Assembly: GCA_964515375.1 (NCBI GenBank)
Contig: CAZERF010000005.1
Location: forward strand, 22,482 to 86,481
Direction of reading: 5' to 3'
DNA length: 64,000 nt
From: an uncultured Candidatus Saccharibacteria bacterium
GTDB lineage: Bacteria; Patescibacteriota; Minisyncoccia; Phycocordibacterales; UBA6899
The position numbers and the translations under genes are program-made. Under the pieces are notes generated by a model that worked only from the letters and a program-made list of their open reading frames with translations, searched no databases and had not been told where the DNA came from. Below are positions 29,610-38,543 of this stretch, piece by piece. The stretch's first letter is position 1. Each line of letters starts with the position of its first letter.

Positions 29610-30626
29610 ATGCACGAAGAATTCGATTTCATCGCAGTGGGAGACACGGTCACGGACGCGTTCATTCGCATCAAACAGGCCAGTGTATACTCCATCGAAA
29701 ATCCCGACGGAACAACTGAGGAAGAGTTGTGTCTCGTCAACGGAACAAAGATCCCTTACGAGTTTGCCGTTGTCCTTGCGGGAGTTGGAAACGCCGCAAA
29801 CGCGGCGGTATCCTCGTCACGACTCGGACTCAAGACCGGACTCGTGACCGATATCGGCGCGGACGATCATGGCAAAGAGATCCTCGCTTCTTTTGCCGAA
29901 AAAGGAGTCGACTCATCTTTCGTACGTGTCCACGAAAACAAGGTCTCCAACTACCATTACGTACTCTGGCATAATGCGGAACGCACGATCTTGATCAAGC
30001 ATGAAGAGTACCCCTATGCACTCCCCGCGATCGGAAAACCTCGCTGGCTCTACTTCAGTTCGGTCGGAGATAATTCGCTTCCCTACCACGAGGAGATCGC
30101 GCGCTACCTTGTCGCAAATCCTGAAGTGAAGCTTGCCTTCCAGCCGGGAACCTTCCAGATCAAACTCGGGAAAGAAGCACTGAAAGACCTCTACACGCAC
30201 ACCGAGATCTTTTTCTGCAATGTCGAGGAAGCACGTCTCATTCTTGGCGTCTCTGAACCCGAGCCCGCAAAACTCCCCAAGATGATGAGTGCGATCGGAC
30301 CCAAGATCTCCGTCATTACCGATGGACCGAAGGGTGCTTACGCATACGACAGTCGGACCGATACCACATACTTCATGCCCCCCTACCCCGACCCGAAGCC
30401 GCCCTACGAGCGAACCGGCGCGGGAGACGCCTGCGCATCAACGATCACCGTAGCCCTCGCGCTCGGACTTCCTCTTGAAACAGCGCTTGCGTGGGGTCCG
30501 ATCAATTCGATGTCGGTCGTTCAGTCTATCGGCGCACAAGAAGGACTTCTTCATCGCGATGCGCTTGAAAAGTATCTCGCCGAAAGACCCGAAAACTACA
30601 CTGCGACGGTTCTCACGCTTGAATAG
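29610..30626 (+). CDS. PfkB-family carbohydrate kinase
   Basis: GNAANAA, GADDHG, TDGPKG, TGAGDA. Confidence 0.9.
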   Translation: MHEEFDFIAVGDTVTDAFIRIKQASVYSIENPDGTTEEELCLVNGTKIPYEFAVVLAGVGNAANAAVSSSRLGLKTGLVTDIGADDHGKEILASFAEKGVDSSFVRVHENKVSNYHYVLWHNAERTILIKHEEYPYALPAIGKPRWLYFSSVGDNSLPYHEEIARYLVANPEVKLAFQPGTFQIKLGKEALKDLYTHTEIFFCNVEEARLILGVSEPEPAKLPKMMSAIGPKISVITDGPKGAYAYDSRTDTTYFMPPYPDPKPPYERTGAGDACASTITVALALGLPLETALAWGPINSMSVVQSIGAQEGLLHRDALEKYLAERPENYTATVLTLE

Positions 30627-30641
30627 AGATCGCGCGCAGCG

Positions 30642-30672
30642 AAAAGCACCTTCATTACGAAGGTGCTTTTTT
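30642..30672. terminator. Bidirectional terminator
   Basis: AAAAGCACCTTC-ATTAC-GAAGGTGCTTTTT. Confidence 0.8.
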
Positions 30673-30695
30673 GTTCACAAAAAAAAACGAATGAC

Positions 30696-31073
30696 CTAAG
30701 AGAAGAATATTGTGATCCTCGAAAAAGAGAGTGTCACAACGACAATGATCGCAAAGACGAAAGCCAAAAGTACCGCCCCTGCGCCCATATCCTTGCTCAT
30801 CCCGATCAGCTCATGGTCTTCAGGGTGAACGCGTTCCAACATTGTCTCAAATGCTGTATTGACCAGTTCAACAATAAGGATCAGCGCATAAGAGAGCACA
30901 AAGAAGAGTAACTCCCATGGCGCAAAAGGCCACAAAAGAATACCGACGAGAAAGTATGCCGGGAGCCCATACACGACTTCCATATGAAAACTCTTGTCGG
31001 TGCGAAACGCATGACGAAGCCCCTTTGCACCGAACCGCACACTCCGAATGATCTTGGTGATATCTTTTTTCAT
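30696..31073 (-). CDS. dgkA: Diacylglycerol/undecaprenol kinase
   Basis: VELVNTAFE, SKDMGAGAVL. Confidence 0.88.
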   Translation of the reverse strand: MKKDITKIIRSVRFGAKGLRHAFRTDKSFHMEVVYGLPAYFLVGILLWPFAPWELLFFVLSYALILIVELVNTAFETMLERVHPEDHELIGMSKDMGAGAVLLAFVFAIIVVVTLSFSRITIFFS

Positions 31074-31089
31074 GACATGCTCTGAAATA

Positions 31090-31674
31090 TTATCGAAGGA
31101 CCTTCAGTTCTTTCCACCAATCCGACGAATGAGTGGTTTGCAATGCTTCCCACAAACGCTTCGCGGAATCGGTCCGAAGTGCCTGACCGGTGTTCACGAT
31201 CCAGTCGTCCGCACGCTCGTATCCTTCATCACGATACTCCTTCGCGGTAAACGCGCAATCGAGATAGTCGGCGTCCTTTGCGATGATTCCCGCGGTATCG
31301 GAACGCTCTTCAACGCGCATCCATAATCTACGAATACTCTCACCCATATCATGAAGCGGAGAGGTCTGTTCCGCGACCGCTTCCTTTCCGTGTTCTTCGA
31401 TAATATAACGGCGCGCGATCTTGTGAATGTCGCCGATGCGTGTCTCACTCATATCGTGAAAGACAAGCATCGCCGCGACCTCTTCAGGGTTCTGGTACCC
31501 CTCCATGAGCGCGAGGATATAGCCGATCTGTGCCGCGCGCAGCGAATGTTCCGCGACCGTCTCTTTTTCCGCGACGCGAATGAGCTTCCATCCTGAACGT
31601 CTCTCTTCGCGCAATTGCCCCATCTCAAAAACAAAGTTCGTGATCGCGCGTAATTCTTCGGAATGTTGTTCCAT
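31090..31674 (-). CDS. HD-domain phosphohydrolase (YfbR-like)
   Basis: RSGW, ETVAEHS, HDMSETRIGD, KDAD. Confidence 0.85.
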   Translation of the reverse strand: MEQHSEELRAITNFVFEMGQLREERRSGWKLIRVAEKETVAEHSLRAAQIGYILALMEGYQNPEEVAAMLVFHDMSETRIGDIHKIARRYIIEEHGKEAVAEQTSPLHDMGESIRRLWMRVEERSDTAGIIAKDADYLDCAFTAKEYRDEGYERADDWIVNTGQALRTDSAKRLWEALQTTHSSDWWKELKVLR

Positions 31675-31694
31675 AGCAGTTCGAGATTATTTGA

Positions 31695-33998
31695 TCATAA
31701 ATGCGCATGACGACCGCGTTCGAGATGTGCGATATAACGTTCGTTTTTCTTGCGATGGCGGAGGAAGAGACCGAAGGCAGAGAGTCCGATGCCGACTGAT
31801 GCCAAGAAAAGCGCGAAGGAGAGGACGGGCACGAGCGAGCGAGTAGGTTTGGTCGTCTCAAGCGTGCGCGCAACAACGACCCCTGAAAGGTCCTTTGTAA
31901 AGGAGACCGGGGAGGAGCGAGCAAGGATCCTTCCCTTTCCATCCGCAAGTGACACAATAGCCTCATGCGTACCAAGAGGAAGAGTTTCGTCAAGCACAAG
32001 AGACCATGTTCCCGACGCATTCGCCTGCACAACACGAATGATGGGGTCAGAAAAGACAAACAAAGAAACAAAAGAATACGACGGTGCCGATCCAGCAAAA
32101 CGAAGTGGTGCATTAGATCCGGAATCAGGCGCGCGTTCGATCTCGGTGATCTCAAGAATGTCGGGACGAGTAATTCCCGAAAGACGTGGATCATCGTCGA
32201 CCAACTGCTCGGAAAGCGCGGGGTCGGAAGCCTGATCACCGCGCGGATCGGTGCGTGAAACGATCTCTTCTCCGTCAAGTGCGCCGTCCTCGTCGGAATC
32301 CTTTCGTTCAGGGTCGGTGCCGTATATATGCACCTCGTCAAAATCCATCACCGCATCCCCGTCACTATCAACAAACACACGAACACCAGAACGCGACGAG
32401 AGATACTCACCGATCGCGGCGGTGCGGAGTGCCACGGAATCCGCCCGGTCTTCGATCGTCTCCAAGGAAGCGAGGTCTGCACGTGTGAGCACGCGCGTAC
32501 AGAGCGCGCGCTGTTCTTCTTGTCCGCAGAACGAGACAAGGTCGGTCGCGGAACGCACGATCATGGGAATGTCTTTCGGACGGCGAGTATGATCGGAGAG
32601 CAATCGCTCGATACGGTCGAAGGAGACTCCATCTGCAAGTGATACCGGCGCGAGTGCCTCGAGTGAAACAACCATACGCTGTGCACTCGCACGACACGAT
32701 GAACCCACCGCGTGCTCACACAGCAAAAGACACGCCACCTCATCAGGACACGCAAGCAATTCTCCATCCGAAACGATCGTTGTTGTCACAGAGGTGCCGT
32801 GTACCAAAACCGAGGTCGCGAGATCAGAGGTTAGCTGAGAAACCTGAAGAGAGCTGGATGAGCTTTGAGGAACAAGTGCAACACTAACCATATTGCTCTC
32901 TTTTGTCTTCCCGTCACGCGCAGAGATGCGAGCACGCACGTGATACACCCCCGGAGAAAGCACTCTTGTGTCCCACATGAACATCCACACCTCCTGTCCG
33001 GAAAAAGAAAGTAGATCATCATAAACCCCGAATCCAAGCGTGCTCGTCGCACCCTTCTCCCCCTCCGAAACAATGAACTCAACCTTGCGCGCGGAAGGAG
33101 TGATGACACGTAACTCCAAGTCTGTTCCCGTCGTGCGAGAACCCCCTTCCGCGACAAACACATTATCATCAAAGACCTTGAGCACTGAGGTAGGAAGAGG
33201 CGGGGGGATCACGCCTGAAACGGAAGACGAGGAGATCGTTTCCTTTGTTGAAGGTTGATCAAAAGGTGTTCCAGGGATCACCGTGATAGAGGTTGAGCTC
33301 GATGACGCGCCGTCACAAGTACCTGCTATTGAAAAAGAACCCGCGGAAGCACCCTCGGGAACGAAACCCGTTACCGGAACTCCCTGCCACTCATAATCCC
33401 CGGCCGGCAAGACCGTCCTTCCCCATTCGATCCTTTTTGCGGAGATGTCACGGAGTGACCGAAGAAGAAAATATCCCCCACCCGGTTCCGAGATACCAAA
33501 AAAGACCTCACGATGAAGTACACCCGAAGTGCAATCATTGACCGGAGCAGGCGTCACGCTGAAGGAGATTCTCGAGGAAATATCAATACCCTCCGGAATG
33601 ACCGCGACCGCCGGTTCACTTAAAAATGAAGAATTTCCGGCCGCATCCACCGCGGCAACGACATATTCAACACGCGTTCCCGGGGGAAAGAAAGTAGGGT
33701 CTGTAAAGATGTTGGAGCGTGAACGAGCAAAAAGTGTTCCATTGCGAAAAATTCGATATTCTGCGATCGCAGAAATAGACTCGGGGATACTCCATGAAAG
33801 TGCGATCCCCCCCCCAGAGACACGCTCAACACGCAGTATCGGCTCAAGTATCGAGACTCGCTCCGCGATACGACGCGCGCCTTCTTGAGGAACAGAGAAC
33901 AAGAACGAGAGCGTTGCGATCGCGCAGATCGCAACGATCGCGACCATGTGTTCTGTCATGTATACGAACACTCCTAATTTCTTGCTCCATTTCCGCAT
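31695..33998 (-). CDS. Surface protein with FN3/Ig-like domains and DxDxDG Ca-binding repeats
   Basis: YRIFRNG...YVVAAVDAAGN; DSDGD...GTDP..DSDEDG; TM helices at both ends. Confidence 0.75.
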   Translation of the reverse strand: MRKWSKKLGVFVYMTEHMVAIVAICAIATLSFLFSVPQEGARRIAERVSILEPILRVERVSGGGIALSWSIPESISAIAEYRIFRNGTLFARSRSNIFTDPTFFPPGTRVEYVVAAVDAAGNSSFLSEPAVAVIPEGIDISSRISFSVTPAPVNDCTSGVLHREVFFGISEPGGGYFLLRSLRDISAKRIEWGRTVLPAGDYEWQGVPVTGFVPEGASAGSFSIAGTCDGASSSSTSITVIPGTPFDQPSTKETISSSSVSGVIPPPLPTSVLKVFDDNVFVAEGGSRTTGTDLELRVITPSARKVEFIVSEGEKGATSTLGFGVYDDLLSFSGQEVWMFMWDTRVLSPGVYHVRARISARDGKTKESNMVSVALVPQSSSSSLQVSQLTSDLATSVLVHGTSVTTTIVSDGELLACPDEVACLLLCEHAVGSSCRASAQRMVVSLEALAPVSLADGVSFDRIERLLSDHTRRPKDIPMIVRSATDLVSFCGQEEQRALCTRVLTRADLASLETIEDRADSVALRTAAIGEYLSSRSGVRVFVDSDGDAVMDFDEVHIYGTDPERKDSDEDGALDGEEIVSRTDPRGDQASDPALSEQLVDDDPRLSGITRPDILEITEIERAPDSGSNAPLRFAGSAPSYSFVSLFVFSDPIIRVVQANASGTWSLVLDETLPLGTHEAIVSLADGKGRILARSSPVSFTKDLSGVVVARTLETTKPTRSLVPVLSFALFLASVGIGLSAFGLFLRHRKKNERYIAHLERGRHAHL

Positions 33999-34002
33999 AA
34001 TA

Positions 34003-34995
34003 TCAGGACTGCGCGATCACGCGTTTGACCGCCGCGACGATCGCCGTGACTCCGAGTCCGTAATGTTCGACCAATTCTTCGGGTGTCCCGGACTGCCCGA
34101 AACGATCATCGATACCAACGAAAGCCTGCCGGGTCGGGTGTGTCTTCGAGAGGAATTCCGCGATCGCACTGCCAAGCCCTCCCGTTTGCTGGTGATCCTC
34201 GACAGAAACAACAGCTCCCGCTTCCTTGGCAACCGCAAGGACAGCCTCTTCGTCAAACGGCTTAATGGTCGCCATGTGGAGCACCGAGACTCCGACTCCG
34301 TCACGTTCAAGCGCGCGGGCAGCAAGGAGTGTGTTGTACGCCATTCCCCCGGTCGTGATCAAGGCCGCCTGAGGAGAAAATCCAACCTTCGGAACAAAAA
34401 GTACTCTCGCTTTCCCGATCTCAAAAGGTGTCGAATCGGTCGTAATGATCGGTGTCGCTTCTCGAACCAAACGCAAATAGACCGGACCGGAGAAGGCCGC
34501 GATGGCAAGCGTCGCCTTCTTTGCTTCAATGGAATCACACGGAGCGATGACCGTCATGCGCGGAATGACCCGCATGAGCGCAATGTCTTCGAGTGCTTGA
34601 TGTGTCCCTCCGTCGGGGCCGACAACGATCCCCGAGTGGCTCCCCACGATCTTGCAGTTCGTGTCATTATAGGCAATGGTCGTGCGGATCTGCTCCCAAT
34701 TGCGGCCTGGAGAGAACGCAGCATAAGAGGAGAGGAACGGGATCTTCCCCATCGCTGCCATTCCGGACGCAACAGAAGCCATTGATTGTTCCGCGATCCC
34801 TGCCTGAACGAATCGCTCAGGGAAACGCTTTGCAAAAAGATGCATCATCGTCGACTCGGTAAGGTCTGCAGAAAGACCAACGATCCGGTGGTCGCGCTCG
34901 GCGGCATCGAGCAATCCTTCGCCGAACCCCTTTCGGATCGGCGCGCGCTCCACATCGTCGTCAAAAAGTTTTGGGTTGAGGGGTACGGTATTCAT
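34003..34995 (-). CDS. Transketolase, C-terminal subunit
   Basis: ADLTES, GIAEQ, GPDGGTHQ. Confidence 0.95.
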   Translation of the reverse strand: MNTVPLNPKLFDDDVERAPIRKGFGEGLLDAAERDHRIVGLSADLTESTMMHLFAKRFPERFVQAGIAEQSMASVASGMAAMGKIPFLSSYAAFSPGRNWEQIRTTIAYNDTNCKIVGSHSGIVVGPDGGTHQALEDIALMRVIPRMTVIAPCDSIEAKKATLAIAAFSGPVYLRLVREATPIITTDSTPFEIGKARVLFVPKVGFSPQAALITTGGMAYNTLLAARALERDGVGVSVLHMATIKPFDEEAVLAVAKEAGAVVSVEDHQQTGGLGSAIAEFLSKTHPTRQAFVGIDDRFGQSGTPEELVEHYGLGVTAIVAAVKRVIAQS

Positions 34996-35903
34996 AGGTG
35001 TTCGGGAGTATGTTCGCTTTTGATCGAACCTCGTAATGTGCGTAACTCTGCAAGCGCCTCGTCGCCTTGCTTGTCCTTGGCAATAACATCCGCCGGACCC
35101 TTACCAGGAGGATTGCCGTGCCATGCCGGGCGACGCTCCATAAAGCTCACCCCCTTCCCGGGGACCGTGTGTGCAATAATGACCGATGGCTTACTAAAGA
35201 ACGAACGAGCTTCATTGATCGCATTGTTGACCTCGGAAAGATCGTGCCCGTCCACTTCCTGAACATGCCATCCGAACGCCGTCCACTTTTCGGCGAGCGG
35301 TTCGAGCGGCATGACGTCCTCGGTATACCCGTCGATCTGAATATTGTTGCGGTCGACGATCGCGGTCACATTGTGAAGTCGTTCTTTCCCGGCAAGCATC
35401 ATTGCTTCCCAGTTCTGTCCCTCGTCGAGCTCTCCGTCACCCATGATGCAATAATAAGAGCGATTGGATTCGGGTCCGCGGTCCATGCGGTCCGCGAGCG
35501 CCATGCCGACCGTCTGTGAGAGACCTGAACCGAGCGGCCCCGAAGAGGTCTCGAGTCCCGGCAACCATTCACGATGAGGGTGCCCCTGCAAACGCGAGCC
35601 GAACTTGCGCAAGGTTCTCTTTGCTTCCTCAACGGAAAAATACCCCGAATGCGCCATTGCTGCATAGAGGACGGGGCAAATGTGACCATTCGAAAGCACG
35701 AGACGATCACGGTCCTCCCATTCGGGATTCTTGGGATCGTGATGAAGGACGTGGAAATAAAGGAGCGTAAAGATATCCGCCATGCCAAGCGGTCCGGCCG
35801 TATGCCCCGATCCCGCTTCAAGTAACATTTCGATCACCGTCTGACGCACGTCATTGGCAATAAGCTCAAGCTCCTTCAACTTCTGGTCGTGGAGGTGTTC
35901 CAT
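34992..35903 (-). CDS. Transketolase, N-terminal subunit
   Basis: GSGH, DRLVLSNGH, GDGELDEG, HTVPGKG. Confidence 0.95.
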   Translation of the reverse strand: MEHLHDQKLKELELIANDVRQTVIEMLLEAGSGHTAGPLGMADIFTLLYFHVLHHDPKNPEWEDRDRLVLSNGHICPVLYAAMAHSGYFSVEEAKRTLRKFGSRLQGHPHREWLPGLETSSGPLGSGLSQTVGMALADRMDRGPESNRSYYCIMGDGELDEGQNWEAMMLAGKERLHNVTAIVDRNNIQIDGYTEDVMPLEPLAEKWTAFGWHVQEVDGHDLSEVNNAINEARSFFSKPSVIIAHTVPGKGVSFMERRPAWHGNPPGKGPADVIAKDKQGDEALAELRTLRGSIKSEHTPEHL

Positions 35904-35967
35904 AGTATCTCTATTGTATACCAGAACAGAGAAATCCCCATCCACTAATCCCCAACCAAGGAACGTG

Positions 35968-36678
35968 TCAGCACGCTTCGAGCGCGCGCACCGCGGCTTC
36001 GACGTCTTCCGCACCAAATATCGCCGAACCTGCGACCAGACGAGTCGCTCCCGCCGCGACGAGATCTCCGGCAGTATCCATGCTCACTCCTCCATCGATA
36101 CTGATCGGAAGATTCGAATACGCGTTGCGGATCGTGTTGACCATAACAAGAACTCGCTCATCAAAAGGCTGCCCCTGATACCCGATCCGAGAGATGCCCA
36201 TGCACTGAATGAAGTCGACGTGATCGCAATAAGGCAACACCGACTCGAGCGGAGTCCCCGGGGTGATCGCGAGTCCGATCTCGACGACCTTTTGCCCTCC
36301 GATATCACGCGCGCCCTCCTTCCAAATGTCATGCGCCCAAAAAAGTTCGTGATCCTTGATCGCTTCAATATGAAAGATAAGTCGCGATGCGCCCAAGGGG
36401 AGCCACTCGTCAATGTGACGTTCCGGCTCTGCGATCATGAGATCGATCTCATAGTCGAGCTCATCAAAGAACGGAAGCTCTTCCTCTTGCGCCGCCATGG
36501 AGACAAAGTGCGGATCAGAGGGTGTTCCCGCTTCACGATACGGCCAACTTTTTGATGCGACAAATTTTCCGTCCATAATGTCGATCTGCGCCAAAGGGAC
36601 AAGCTCACGCACACGTGTCGCCTTCAACATCAAATCATCGTAATTTTCAGGCATTATTGCCGGTATTATTTCGAGCAT
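35968..36678 (-). CDS. rpe: Ribulose-phosphate 3-epimerase
   Basis: IDIMDGKFV, GYQGQPF, IDGGV, VAGSAIF. Confidence 0.9.
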   Translation of the reverse strand: MLEIIPAIMPENYDDLMLKATRVRELVPLAQIDIMDGKFVASKSWPYREAGTPSDPHFVSMAAQEEELPFFDELDYEIDLMIAEPERHIDEWLPLGASRLIFHIEAIKDHELFWAHDIWKEGARDIGGQKVVEIGLAITPGTPLESVLPYCDHVDFIQCMGISRIGYQGQPFDERVLVMVNTIRNAYSNLPISIDGGVSMDTAGDLVAAGATRLVAGSAIFGAEDVEAAVRALEAC

Positions 36679-36794
36679 AGAAGATAAGTTAGTGCTTTCA
36701 TTTATCGATTATCGCACAAAAGCTACTTTCTCAACAATATCCAAACACAATACTTCCAACGTAAAAAGTAGGGCAGAATTTCCATCCCAAGCGA

Positions 36795-36887
36795 GATGTT
36801 GCTTTTTGAGTGACTACGGAGCACGACAGTGCGAGTCTGAGCAAAAAGTCAGCAGACTTTTATGCGTGCACTCAAAAAAGCAATGTC
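36795..36887 (+). repeat. Structured repeat element, copy 1
   Basis: Outer stem TTGCTTTTTGAGTG/CACTCAAAAAAGCAA; core CGGAGCAC-GACA-GTGCGAG..GAGCAAAAAGT-CAGCAG-ACTTTTATGCGT. Confidence 0.75.
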
Positions 36888-36896
36888 GAGTGAGCT

Positions 36897-37358
36897 TTAC
36901 CGGTACGGCCAGATCTGCTCGATCTTCTTGATCCGTCGCACGTGACGCTCTTCGTCGAGAAATTGCGTCTCGAGCCACAGCTTCACCGCCGCCTTCGCTT
37001 CATCAAGCGAAAGGAAGCGTGCACCGAGCGAGAGCACATTCGCATTATTGTGTTCGCGCGAGAGTTTGATGAGATCGAGCGGCCCGCCGTAGTAGAGGGC
37101 GCAACGCACGTTCGGATAGCGATTCGCCACGATCGCCTCTCCCTGCCCCGATCCACCGAGTACCACCGCACGCGAAGAAGAAGGGTCATGCGAAACTTCC
37201 TGCGCGGCGAGCGTAATGAAGTCCGGGTAGTCATCTTCGGGATCATTCTGATGCGCCCCCATGTCGGCGACCGTATACCCGAGATCTTTCTCGATATACG
37301 AGGCCAATGCTTCCTTCATATCATATCCCGCATGATCGGTTGCAATATATATTTTCAT
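36897..37358 (-). CDS. rpiB: Ribose-5-phosphate isomerase B
   Basis: TDHAG, DDYPD, GSGQG, SREHNNANVL. Confidence 0.93.
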   Translation of the reverse strand: MKIYIATDHAGYDMKEALASYIEKDLGYTVADMGAHQNDPEDDYPDFITLAAQEVSHDPSSSRAVVLGGSGQGEAIVANRYPNVRCALYYGGPLDLIKLSREHNNANVLSLGARFLSLDEAKAAVKLWLETQFLDEERHVRRIKKIEQIWPYR

Positions 37359-37455
37359 GCATCAATTGTACCCGCGGATAGTGTTTTGGAAAAGATACTC
37401 ACATAAACACGACATGTTTCGATACCAAAAAACTTGCGATCCATTCTTGTACAAC

Positions 37456-37481
37456 AAAAAGCCCTTACCGAAGTAAGGGCT
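37456..37481 (-). terminator. UUCG hairpin terminator after the putative DGR target
   Basis: AGCCCTTAC-TTCG-GTAAGGGCT-TTTT. Confidence 0.85.
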
Positions 37482-37530
37482 CCAAGGGTCAAAGACCCAG
37501 ATTTGAAACAAGGTACCAAGCGACCAAGGG

Positions 37531-38196
37531 CTATAAGTCGCAGAAGCACAACAGGCAGAAGTCGCCGCTCCAGTCAAACTCGAAGTAACCGAGGTAGAAC
37601 TCCCAGCCACCGTCCGAGTGGCGGTACACGAACGGCACCCCGTGGTAGCCGACGGAGTCGGTCCAGAGCGCATCCTTCTCGTCGAAGGACACAGTCCATT
37701 TACCGACAGGGAATTCGTCCGCCTTCTGGTCCTGCAACAGCGTCACGCCCTGCCCGCCCACGAGGATGGCTCCCTGCTTCTTCAGGAAGGTCATGCAGTC
37801 TTCACTGGTGACCGTCGAGAGGATTGGGAAGATTCGCACGCGGTACTTCTTGCCCGGCTCCAGCTTGTTCGTCGCCTTGGCGAAGTTCTTGCTGTTCAGG
37901 TCATCGTTGAAGTAGTAGGTGGTCGGGAGCTTCTTGGTCTTCTTGGCGAAGGTGTCGAGCTGGGTGTCGTGCTTGTAGTCTGCCGGCACCGTGAACTCGA
38001 AGTCCTTGACCGCCGGACCGAAGCGCTGGTCCACCATGGCGAGTTTCTGAAGGATGGGCTTCACTTGCTCTTGCAACGCGCACCCCTCCGCAATGACCCT
38101 TTCCGCTTCATCTTCCGAGAGTTCGAGCGTGTCGACCGCAACCTCAAAGATCCTCGCGATGCGAGCCCCTTGTATCGACTTCATCTTTTTCATCAT
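37531..38196 (-). CDS. Hypothetical protein, probable DGR variable (target) protein
   Basis: C-terminus VPFVYRHSDGGWEFYLGYFEFDWSGDFCLLCFCD with aromatic/small residues on NNC codons; CTTGG repeats and hairpins 3' of the stop. Confidence 0.6.
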   Translation of the reverse strand: MMKKMKSIQGARIARIFEVAVDTLELSEDEAERVIAEGCALQEQVKPILQKLAMVDQRFGPAVKDFEFTVPADYKHDTQLDTFAKKTKKLPTTYYFNDDLNSKNFAKATNKLEPGKKYRVRIFPILSTVTSEDCMTFLKKQGAILVGGQGVTLLQDQKADEFPVGKWTVSFDEKDALWTDSVGYHGVPFVYRHSDGGWEFYLGYFEFDWSGDFCLLCFCDL

Positions 38197-38264
38197 GATC
38201 TTTCTTCCTCAATGTACGATCCGGAGTCTGCCGGAGCAGTTACAAGGTTATGTTGCTATCTTTT

Positions 38265-38293
38265 ATTATAGCACAAAAAAGAAAAACTTGCAA
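38265..38293 (-). promoter_or_regulatory. Sigma70 promoter of 37531-38196
   Basis: TTGCAA-17 nt-TATAAT with extended -10 TG. Confidence 0.75.
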
Positions 38294-38395
38294 CTATTTG
38301 TATAACCTCACCTCTTTCTGCACTTCCTGCTCTTGTGCCACTCTGTAGTGAGACGACAATAATATCAAATGGTCTTTTCAAAAAATTTTCTTTTT

Positions 38396-38489
38396 TGCCT
38401 CTACCTTTTGGAAGACACGCATAATTTTCTGCTGAAAATTTGCTCCTCTCGCGCCGCCGCGCTCCGAAAGTCTTCCAAAAGCTAAGGCA
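38396..38489 (-). repeat. Structured repeat element, copy 2
   Basis: Outer stem CTTTTGGAAGAC/GTCTTCCAAAAG; core CGGAGCGC-GGCG-GCGCGAG..GAGCAAATTTT-CAGCAG-AAAATTATGCGT. Confidence 0.75.
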
Positions 38490-38543
38490 GTGTTCGCGTG
38501 ACACAAAAAGTATGGGCGTTTCGGGGGCACACAAAGTTTCTTT

